Source: Candidatus Omnitrophota bacterium
GTDB lineage: Bacteria > Omnitrophota > Gorgyraeia > Zapsychrales > Zapsychraceae
Assembly (NCBI GenBank): GCA_035292445.1
Contig: DATDQB010000023.1
Coordinates: 25,533-89,532, forward strand
DNA length: 64,000 nt
Direction: 5' to 3'
Shown here piece by piece: positions 29,448 through 36,613 of the stretch (its first letter is position 1; every line of letters begins with the position of its first letter). A model generated the notes under the pieces. The model was not told the DNA's origin. It saw only the letters and a list, made by a program, of their open reading frames with translations, and did no database searches. The position numbers and the translations under genes are program-made.

Positions 29448-29561
29448 AACCCTAGTATAGGATAACCGCTTTCTGTATTCAAGCGCCTCGATTATCCGTT
29501 TGTGAATGGAATAATTTATGCTAGAATAACACCCGTGTTATTTTAGAGATGAAATGAGCCT

Positions 29562-30800
29562 ATGAAGCAACCTACCAAAAAGCTTAATATCAGCCAGCCC
29601 CAAGAGTTGAAGGTTTTAAGAAAGATCGTTGAGATCACCAACTCCGAGCTTGATTTGAATCTCATCCTTAACGAAGTCGTTCAGGCCGTTAATGATCTAA
29701 CCAAAGCCGATTCCGTTTTTATTTATCTTTTGGACGATAAAAAGAAGAGCCTGGTTTTGACAGCCTCCAAAACCCCGCATAAAAAGGAATTGGGAAGCGT
29801 CGTGTTGAAGGTCGGCGAAGGGATCACCGGATGGGTCGCCCGCGAGAACAAGCCCGTTGCCATCGGCGAAGGGGCTTATCAGGATAAACGCTTTAAGAAT
29901 TTTGATGTCCTGCCCGAAGACCGTTATGAAGCGTTCCTATCGGTCCCTATTACGGACAATAATGAGTCAATCGGCGTTATTAATGTGCAGCATAAAAAGG
30001 CGCATGAATACGCTCAAAATACAACCGACCTACTTTTATTAATTGCCAAGCAGGTCAGCGGCGTTATCGAAAACGCGAGGCTGTATCAGGAAACAAAACA
30101 GAAAGCTTTGCAATTCGACAGCCTTAATAAGGTCAGCCAGTCGATCACCTCCCAGCGGTATCTTGATGAGATCCTTAACCTGATCGTTGTCGTCACCGCT
30201 GAGATGCTTAATTCCAAGATATGTTCCATTATGTTGTTGGATGAAAAAGGAAACGAATTGGTTATCAAGGCGACGCAGAGCTTAAGTGATGAATACCGTA
30301 AAAAACCCAATCTGAAAGTCGATAATAGCGTCAGCGGGAAAGTCATTAAAACAAGAACTCCTATAACCATTTATGATGTTCAGAAGGAACAGGATTACCG
30401 CTTTCGCGATCTGGCCGTTAAAGAGAATTTGACCTCCATGCTGGCGGTTCCCATGGTTGTCAAAGAAAAGGCCATCGGTATTTTAAGCGTTTACACCAAG
30501 ACGCCGCATGTTTTTAACCAGGAAGAGATCGATGTCCTGCAAATGGTCGCCAATCAGGCGGCGGTGGCGGTCGAGAATACAAAACTTGTCGAAGAGACCG
30601 TTAAGGCCAAAGAAGCTTTGGAGACTCGTAAGATCATCGAACGGGCCAAAGGCGTTTTGATGCGCATGAGCGGCTTGAGCGAGGAAGCGGCATACCGGTT
30701 GATCAATAAAAAAAGCATGGATTCGGGAAAAACCATGAAAGATATTGCCGAATCCATTATGCTCATGGATGAGCTTCAAAGAGGTAAAGAGAAGTTGTAA
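29562..30800 (+). CDS. GAF-GAF-ANTAR RNA-binding antiterminator
   Basis: Two GAF domains (GEGITGWVA...FLSVP...IGVINV; SMLAVPM...IGILSV...ANQAAVAVEN) and C-terminal ANTAR ALETRKIIERAKGVLM...SEEAAY..I...SM....MKDIA. Confidence 0.95.
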   Translation: MKQPTKKLNISQPQELKVLRKIVEITNSELDLNLILNEVVQAVNDLTKADSVFIYLLDDKKKSLVLTASKTPHKKELGSVVLKVGEGITGWVARENKPVAIGEGAYQDKRFKNFDVLPEDRYEAFLSVPITDNNESIGVINVQHKKAHEYAQNTTDLLLLIAKQVSGVIENARLYQETKQKALQFDSLNKVSQSITSQRYLDEILNLIVVVTAEMLNSKICSIMLLDEKGNELVIKATQSLSDEYRKKPNLKVDNSVSGKVIKTRTPITIYDVQKEQDYRFRDLAVKENLTSMLAVPMVVKEKAIGILSVYTKTPHVFNQEEIDVLQMVANQAAVAVENTKLVEETVKAKEALETRKIIERAKGVLMRMSGLSEEAAYRLINKKSMDSGKTMKDIAESIMLMDELQRGKEKL

Positions 30801-30822
30801 AAAATATTTTTAAGAAACACCC

Positions 30823-30851
30823 TTGACAGAAGAAACATCAACGTGTATATT
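30823..30851 (+). promoter_or_regulatory. sigma70-type promoter P1 (small-ORF transcript)
   Basis: TTGACA, 17 bp spacer, TATATT. Confidence 0.75.
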
Positions 30852-30868
30852 TATATTTAGTTCGAGTT

Positions 30869-30913
30869 GGACGAAGATGTCCTCTTAAGCGCCGAAGCTT
30901 AAGGGGATTTTTT
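30869..30913 (+). promoter_or_regulatory. ANTAR hairpin + overlapping intrinsic terminator (module 1)
   Basis: GGAC-GAAGAT-GTCC overlaps terminator TCCTCTTAAGC-GCCGAA-GCTTAAGGGGA-TTTTTT. Confidence 0.8.
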
Positions 30914-30935
30914 ATTTAGGTTACAGAATTTAGAA

Positions 30936-30990
30936 GACATTGAAGTCCTCTTTTAAAGCGTGGCGGCTTTGAAAGGGGATTTTTTATTTT
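30936..30990 (+). promoter_or_regulatory. ANTAR hairpin + overlapping intrinsic terminator (module 2)
   Basis: GAC-ATTGAA-GTC overlaps terminator TCCTCTTTTAAAGC-GTGGCG-GCTTTGAAAGGGGA-TTTTTT. Confidence 0.8.
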
Positions 30991-31014
30991 CAGTTTTAGG
31001 AAAGGAGGGTTAAT

Positions 31015-31149
31015 ATGCGACAAGATGATATGTTTTTTGAATCCTTCTCAAAGCAGATGAAGACGCTGGCCTACTTAATTGTGTTTTCATACGTTGCTTT
31101 GGGGGTCAGTTTGATGTGGACGGATTTGGTCCAGGCATTCCATTTTTAG
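31015..31149 (+). CDS. 44-aa single-TM small protein (not in the ORF track)
   Basis: AGGAGG SD at 31003-31008; MRQDDMFFESFSKQMKTLAYLIVFSYVALGVSLMWTDLVQAFHF*. Confidence 0.65.
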   Translation: MRQDDMFFESFSKQMKTLAYLIVFSYVALGVSLMWTDLVQAFHF

Positions 31150-31157
31150 TTGTTTTA

Positions 31158-31223
31158 TAGGCCGGTGACGGCTTAAAAGATTCGGTTTGTTGAGCGGCGC
31201 GGCTCATTGGGTCAGGGATGATC
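31158..31223 (+). promoter_or_regulatory. Triplet of ANTAR-like hexaloop hairpins without a terminator
   Basis: TAGGCC-GGTGAC-GGCTTA; TGAGC-GGCGCG-GCTCA; GGTC-AGGGAT-GATC. All are C-G closed with purine at loop position 1 and G at position 4. Confidence 0.5.
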
Positions 31224-31263
31224 AGGTTAAATAAAAGATTAATTATTCAGTTCGAGGTGAGCC

Positions 31264-31353
31264 ATGGAAAAAGAATACTTAGATACGTTTATTCGTTATC
31301 TGATCAGGATGTGTGCGGAAGAGTCTAAAGGGCTTGTTGAAGCGGAAGAATAG
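31264..31353 (+). CDS. 29-aa small protein (not in the ORF track)
   Basis: GAGGTGA SD-like sequence just upstream; MEKEYLDTFIRYLIRMCAEESKGLVEAEE*. Confidence 0.5.
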   Translation: MEKEYLDTFIRYLIRMCAEESKGLVEAEE

Positions 31354-31384
31354 GCAAAATCTTCCCGCGATTTTAAAAAAGCCC

Positions 31385-31413
31385 TTGACAAACACAAAAG
31401 GCAATTGTATACT
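31385..31413 (+). promoter_or_regulatory. sigma70-type promoter P2 (amtB-glnK)
   Basis: TTGACA, 17 bp spacer, TATACT. Confidence 0.8.
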
Positions 31414-31426
31414 TCATTCGACTTTT

Positions 31427-31594
31427 GAGCAAAGCAGCTCGCGCTTAGACCAAAGGCGGTTTAAGCAAATAGGCAAGGACAAAGATGTCCGACGAGATTC
31501 TTAGGGATCAAGTCGGATTTTTTTATGCCCTTTTAAGAAGCGGACAATGAGGTCCTCCAACTCTATTTAAAACGAGAGAAGGGGGATTTTTTTT
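31427..31594 (+). promoter_or_regulatory. amtB leader: four ANTAR hairpins and two tandem terminators
   Basis: GAGC-AAAGCA-GCTC; GCTTAGACC-AAAGGC-GGTTTAAGC; GGAC-AAAGAT-GTCC (overlaps terminator 31487-31524); GGAC-AATGAG-GTCC (overlaps terminator 31553-31594). Confidence 0.88.
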
Positions 31595-31651
31595 GGCCAA
31601 AAGGGCTTGTAGGATAAATTCAGGTTAAATAACAAACAGGAGGAAAAGTAA

Positions 31652-32884
31652 ATGGAAATCAATACAGGAAACACAGCTTGGGTTCTGGCTTCATCCGCGC
31701 TGGTTATGCTGATGACGCCGGGGCTGGCCTTGTTCTACGGGGGCATGGTCAGACGTAAAAATGTGTTGGGAGTTTTGATGCAATGTTTTATCATCTTGTG
31801 TCTCATAAGTTTACAGTGGGTTCTTTTTGGATATAGCTTGGCGTTTGGGCCGGGAAATCAGTTTATCGGCGGACTCACATGGTTCGGGCTAAATGGCGTT
31901 GGTCAAGCGCCTAATCCGGATTATGCAGCAGATATCCCCCATCTGGCCTTTATGATCTTCCAAGCCATGTTCGCTATTATTACGCCGGCTTTAATCATTG
32001 GCGCTTTTGCCGAACGCATGAAATTTTCAGCGTTTATCTGGTTCAGCCTTCTGTGGGCGACCTTGGTGTATGATCCGATCTGTCATATGGTTTGGGGCGT
32101 TGGCGGGTGGGTCCGAAACATGGGCGCTTTGGATTTTGCCGGAGGCACGGTCGTTCACATTAATGCCGGTATAGCTGCGTTGGTGTGCGCTATTGTTTTA
32201 GGGAAAAGATATGGTTATGCGAATAAACCAACACCGCTCCACAATATTCCTTTTACGGTTTTGGGCGCGGCCTTACTATGGTTCGGCTGGTTCGGCTTTA
32301 ATGCCGGCAGCGCTTTAGCGGCGAACGGATTGGCAGCCAATGCTTTTGTCACGACCAATACGGCGGCAGCAGCTGCGGGTTTAAGCTGGGCGCTCTTGGA
32401 GTGGTGGAAAACCGGCAAGCCGACGATGTTCGGTACGGTTACAGGCGCGGTTGCAGGGCTGGTCGCCATTACACCGGCGGCGGGGTTTGTGGATACCATT
32501 GCCGCCATCATCATTGGTTTAAGTGTCAGCGCCGTTTGTTTCTTTGCGGTAAGCGCCATTAAACCAAAATTCGGTTATGATGATTCCTTGGACGCTTTTG
32601 GTGTCCACTGCATCGGAGGGATTTGGGGTGCGCTCATGACAGGTGTTTTCGCCTCAAAAGCCGTTAATTCAGCCGGGAATGACGGCTTACTTTACGGCAA
32701 CCCCGGATTGCTGTTGATTCAATTAAAAGCCGTTGTCATTACGGTCGTTTATTCTTTTGTGGTTTCTTTCATTATCCTCAAAGTGGTGGATATGATTTTG
32801 GGCGCCAGAGTAAGCCAGGAAGATGAGGTCATGGGACTTGATCTGACACAACACCACGAAAGAGCGTATACCATTTTAGAATAA
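31652..32884 (+). CDS. amtB: Ammonium transporter
   Basis: LMTPGLALFYGG, FQAMFA, AERMKF, DFAGGTVVH, WFGWFGFNAGS, DDSLDAFGVH. Confidence 0.98.
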   Translation: MEINTGNTAWVLASSALVMLMTPGLALFYGGMVRRKNVLGVLMQCFIILCLISLQWVLFGYSLAFGPGNQFIGGLTWFGLNGVGQAPNPDYAADIPHLAFMIFQAMFAIITPALIIGAFAERMKFSAFIWFSLLWATLVYDPICHMVWGVGGWVRNMGALDFAGGTVVHINAGIAALVCAIVLGKRYGYANKPTPLHNIPFTVLGAALLWFGWFGFNAGSALAANGLAANAFVTTNTAAAAAGLSWALLEWWKTGKPTMFGTVTGAVAGLVAITPAAGFVDTIAAIIIGLSVSAVCFFAVSAIKPKFGYDDSLDAFGVHCIGGIWGALMTGVFASKAVNSAGNDGLLYGNPGLLLIQLKAVVITVVYSFVVSFIILKVVDMILGARVSQEDEVMGLDLTQHHERAYTILE

Positions 32885-32903
32885 ACTTTAATAGGAGAAC
32901 ACA

Positions 32904-33245
32904 ATGAAACTAATTACAGCAATTATTCAACCCCATAGGTTGGACGAGGTTAAAAAGGCCCTTTATGATGCTGATGTGAACTTGATCACCGTCAGTGAGG
33001 TGCTCGGGCACGGACGGCAAAAGGGCGTCGATGAGTATTACCGCGGCTCCAAAGAGAGCGGAAACCTGTTAAGGAAGATCCGCCTTGATATCGCGGTCAA
33101 TGACAATTTTGTCGAACCGACCATTAAAGCGATCATCAAGGGGGCCCGTACGGGCAAGATCGGGGATGGGAAGATTTTCGTTACCGATTTGCCGCGCTGC
33201 ATCAGGATCAGGACCGGGGACGAAGGGTCCCAGGCGATCGGGTAA
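32904..33245 (+). CDS. glnK: PII nitrogen regulatory protein
   Basis: MKLITAII.P, GHGRQKG, YRG, TGKIGDGKIFV, IRIRTG; follows amtB. Confidence 0.95.
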   Translation: MKLITAIIQPHRLDEVKKALYDADVNLITVSEVLGHGRQKGVDEYYRGSKESGNLLRKIRLDIAVNDNFVEPTIKAIIKGARTGKIGDGKIFVTDLPRCIRIRTGDEGSQAIG

Positions 33246-33276
33246 GGAAATGCAGTTTAAGTAAGGGATTAAAGGT

Positions 33277-33311
33277 CAGCCCAGCCCTAATATTTATTTA
33301 GGGTTGGGCTG
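33277..33311 (+). terminator. Hairpin after glnK
   Basis: CAGCCCAGCCCTAA...TTAGGGTTGGGCTG, 14-bp stem; poor U tract. Confidence 0.55.
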
Positions 33312-33375
33312 TATCTGTCTGAAACTAAACAGTTTTTAGGTCGAGAAAAGTCCGTTGCTGACGGGAAAAATTATC

Positions 33376-33404
33376 TTGACAAAAAATAACCTCAAATGTA
33401 TACT
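33376..33404 (+). promoter_or_regulatory. sigma70-type promoter P3 (glnA)
   Basis: TTGACA, 17 bp spacer, TATACT. Confidence 0.8.
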
Positions 33405-33443
33405 CAACCAAGTTTTAGGAATTGGCAATTTCATGGGCACAAC

Positions 33444-33528
33444 CTTATCGATGGAGATAAGCATCAATCCCCAAGGGCAATGAGGTCCTTCTTAATAAAG
33501 CAGCGGTTTTGCTAAGAAGGGCTTTTTT
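33444..33528 (+). promoter_or_regulatory. glnA leader: canonical dual ANTAR hairpin + terminator
   Basis: CTTATC-GATGGA-GATAAG, 11-nt linker, AAGGGC-AATGAG-GTCCTT overlapping terminator GTCCTTCTTA...TAAGAAGGGC-TTTTTT. Confidence 0.88.
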
Positions 33529-33572
33529 ATTTCGTAGGAGAATTCAAGATGATTAAAAAAGGAGATAAAGAT

Positions 33573-35726
33573 ATGAGTTCAACGTCAAGATTCAAAGAAG
33601 TCGACTTTTCGAATAAAGGAGAAAGAATGATAGAAGCTACCAAGCCGCAAGCGATCACGGATTATTACGGAGAGAACGTTTTCAGCTTAAAGGTCATGCG
33701 CGAGTATCTCTCGCCCAAAGCCTATAAATCTATCAGCGAAACGATCAAAAACGCCGGTAAATTAGACCCCAGCATTGCCGATGAAGTGGCTGAGGCCATG
33801 TTAAAATGGGCGGTTTCTAAAGGGGCAACGCATTTTACTCATTGGTTCCAGCCCTTGACCGGATTAACTGCCGAAAAGCACGATTCTTTTATCGAGCCGG
33901 ACGGAGAAGGTAGTTGTCTCGTGGAATTTTCAGCCAAAGAATTGATCCAGGGCGAACCGGACGCTTCAAGCTTCCCTTCAGGCGGGTTAAGACCGACATT
34001 TGAGGCCCGTGGGTATACGGGATGGGACCCTACCTCACCAGCGTTCATTAAAGAAGGCCCTAAAAGCGCGACACTTTGTATCCCGACATATTTCGTCGGT
34101 TGGAACGGCGAGGCGTTGGATAAAAAGACGCCTTTATTGCGCTCCATGAAGGCCCTTGCCAAACAAGTCAACCGCTTGGCCACACTTTTAGGCATTGAGA
34201 AAAAGCAACAGCCGTATTCCACTTTAGGCGGCGAACAAGAATATTTTCTTATTGACCGGCCGTATTACCTTCAGCGCATTGATCTTGTCCAAACAGGCCG
34301 AACGCTTTTTGGGAAAGAGCCGGCTAAACATCAACAGATGGCCGATCACTACTTCGGCCCGATCAAAACCCGTATTATGGCCTTTATGGAGGATTTGGAC
34401 CGTGAGATGTGGAAATTCGCAGCCCCAACAACCACACGCCACAATGAGGTCTCTCCTGCGCAATTTGAAGTAGCGCCGGTTTTCGAAAACCAAAACCTGG
34501 CTGTCGACCACAATATGTTATTAATGGAAGTCATGCAAAAGGTGGCCGAAAAAAACGGCTTAGCCTGTTTATTGCATGAGAAACCGTTTGCCGGCGTCAA
34601 CGGTTCCGGTAAACATAACAACTGGTCTATCACCGGCCCTGACGGAAAGAATTGGTTATCTCCCGGTGATAATCCGCATGAAAACGAAAGATTTTTGATC
34701 ATGCTTTGCGCCGTTATTAAGGCTGTCGATACGTATGCCGCCATGTTGCGCGCGGCTGTTGCTTCAGCCGCTAATGACCACCGCCTTGGCTCTCACGAAG
34801 CGCCGCCGGCGATCATCTCCATTTATTTAGGCGAGCAATTGACCGATATTATCGAGCAGATCGAAAAAAGTTCAACGGCCAAAAGTTCCAAGCAAGGCGG
34901 TTCTTTGGAGGTTGGGGTTGATTCTTTGCCGACTTTGCCGCGGCACGCTTCCGACAGAAACAGGACGTCGCCATTTGCTTTTACCGGAAGCAAATTCGAG
35001 TTTCGCGCCGTCGGTTCAAGCATGAGCTTGGCCGGGCCCAACGTTGTCCTTAACACGATCGTGGCCGACTCGTTGGATGAGATTTGCACCCAACTTGAAG
35101 CCGATAAAAAGGCCAAGAAAAGCATTGATAAAGCAGCGCAGAAAATATTGCAAGACATCATCAAAAAACATAAGCGCGTTATCTTCAACGGTGATAATTA
35201 TACGGAAAGCTGGCTCAAGGAAGCCAAAAAGCGCGGGTTACCCAATATGATCACAACGCCTGAAGCCCTTGAAACATTGAAAGACCCGAAGATCATCAAA
35301 CTTTTTGAGAGGCACAATGTTCTTTCCAAAAGAGAACTGGATTCCCGTTACGGCGTTTATACGGAAACCTATAAAACCATTCTCAACTACGAAGCCAAAC
35401 TTATGGTCGATATGGCAAGGACCTTGATCATACCGGCCTGTGTGGGCTACCAGGAAGAATTGGCCGAGACCATCAAATCCGTAGAGGGGATCAACAAAAC
35501 AAAAGCGACAGCCTCGAGGAAAGTCCTTAAAGAGATCAGCGGATTGGTCGAAAAGGCCTTTGCTTCCGCCGATAGTTTGGAGAAGGCCTCCTCTGGCTCA
35601 TCAACGGAAAAAATTAAAGATGAGATGGTTGAGCTTCGAGACACGGTTGATGCTTTAGAAGGTTTAGTTGCCAAAAAAGTTTGGCCGCTGCCTTCCTATG
35701 CTGAAATGCTGTTTGTTTTAAAATAA
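33573..35726 (+). CDS. glnA: Glutamine synthetase type III
   Basis: GATHFTHWFQPLTGLTAEKHDSF, QGEPDASSFPSGG, GGEQEYFL, HNEVSPAQFE, EKPFAGVNGSGKHNNWS, DRNRTSPFAFTG. Start is ambiguous (33549/33573/33627). Confidence 0.96.
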   Translation: MSSTSRFKEVDFSNKGERMIEATKPQAITDYYGENVFSLKVMREYLSPKAYKSISETIKNAGKLDPSIADEVAEAMLKWAVSKGATHFTHWFQPLTGLTAEKHDSFIEPDGEGSCLVEFSAKELIQGEPDASSFPSGGLRPTFEARGYTGWDPTSPAFIKEGPKSATLCIPTYFVGWNGEALDKKTPLLRSMKALAKQVNRLATLLGIEKKQQPYSTLGGEQEYFLIDRPYYLQRIDLVQTGRTLFGKEPAKHQQMADHYFGPIKTRIMAFMEDLDREMWKFAAPTTTRHNEVSPAQFEVAPVFENQNLAVDHNMLLMEVMQKVAEKNGLACLLHEKPFAGVNGSGKHNNWSITGPDGKNWLSPGDNPHENERFLIMLCAVIKAVDTYAAMLRAAVASAANDHRLGSHEAPPAIISIYLGEQLTDIIEQIEKSSTAKSSKQGGSLEVGVDSLPTLPRHASDRNRTSPFAFTGSKFEFRAVGSSMSLAGPNVVLNTIVADSLDEICTQLEADKKAKKSIDKAAQKILQDIIKKHKRVIFNGDNYTESWLKEAKKRGLPNMITTPEALETLKDPKIIKLFERHNVLSKRELDSRYGVYTETYKTILNYEAKLMVDMARTLIIPACVGYQEELAETIKSVEGINKTKATASRKVLKEISGLVEKAFASADSLEKASSGSSTEKIKDEMVELRDTVDALEGLVAKKVWPLPSYAEMLFVLK

Positions 35727-35744
35727 GAAAAAATGTTTTCAATC

Positions 35745-35781
35745 AGCAGGGACAGGTTGCTAAACCTGTCCCTGTTTTTTT
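35745..35781 (+). terminator. Intrinsic terminator after glnA
   Basis: AGCAGGGACAGGTT-gcta-AACCTGTCCCTG-TTTTTTT. Confidence 0.9.
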
Positions 35782-35793
35782 GAGGAGTTTTTT

Positions 35794-36558
35794 GTGATCA
35801 TTATCATTAAACATATCGATATCGAAGGCCCGGAAACACTCGGTGAGTATCTTAAGTCCAAAGGCTATCCTTTGAAGATAGTTGATCTTCATTTGGGCGA
35901 TAAGCTTCCTGAAGATTTATCCGACGTGGAGGCGGTTGTATGCCTTGGCGGGCCCATGAATGTGTATGAAGAAGATAAGTATCCTTTTTTGAAGGAAGAA
36001 AACGCGTTTATCAAAAAAATTATTAAGAATGAGATCCCTTATTTGGGGATCTGTTTAGGCTCGCAATTATTGGCCAAGGCCTGCGGGGCGCGGGTAACAA
36101 AGTCACCCGTTAAAGAGGTCGGCTGGTTTAATGTCGATCTGACCGGGGAGGGCAAGAAAGACCCGCTTTATCAAGGGATGGAGAAGAGCATTGATGTTTT
36201 TCAATGGCATGAAGACGCCTTCGCCATTCCCAAAAACGGCAAATGGCTGGCATGCGCCGAGGGGTGCGTGCATCAGTCTTTCCGTGCCGGAACATGCGCC
36301 TACGGGATCCAATTCCATATTGAGATCACCGATAAAAGTATCGGGGATTGGTCGGACGCCTATTTTAAGAACGATGCGAAAGCGTTAAAAACGAAGAAAG
36401 AGGCCATGTTGAAAACGTATGCCCAAAAGAAAAAAGCCTTTCATTCTACGGCCGAGCGCGTATATAGCAATTTTTTAAAAATCGTTTCTACCCGCAACCG
36501 ACAGCGTTCCATCAATGGAAAAAAGAAGATCATGGAAACGACAGTAACGTTGCTTTAA
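35794..36558 (+). CDS. Class I glutamine amidotransferase (GMP-synthase-like, stand-alone)
   Basis: LGGPMNVYE, LGICLGSQLLA, FQWHEDAF, GIQFHIE (Cys-His-Glu triad). Confidence 0.92.
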   Translation: MIIIIKHIDIEGPETLGEYLKSKGYPLKIVDLHLGDKLPEDLSDVEAVVCLGGPMNVYEEDKYPFLKEENAFIKKIIKNEIPYLGICLGSQLLAKACGARVTKSPVKEVGWFNVDLTGEGKKDPLYQGMEKSIDVFQWHEDAFAIPKNGKWLACAEGCVHQSFRAGTCAYGIQFHIEITDKSIGDWSDAYFKNDAKALKTKKEAMLKTYAQKKKAFHSTAERVYSNFLKIVSTRNRQRSINGKKKIMETTVTLL

Positions 36559-36613
36559 GAAGTAAATGATATAAAAATTTTTCCCATATAATGCACAAAA
36601 AATAGGCAATGGT

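Noticed and set aside
31313-31504. 63-aa ORF in the track
   Set aside because: No SD; it runs across the amtB promoter and the ANTAR hairpins.
30860-31600. Repeated GGAC...GTCC units as a CRISPR array
   Set aside because: Units are short, irregularly spaced and tied to terminators; no cas genes; better explained as ANTAR sites.
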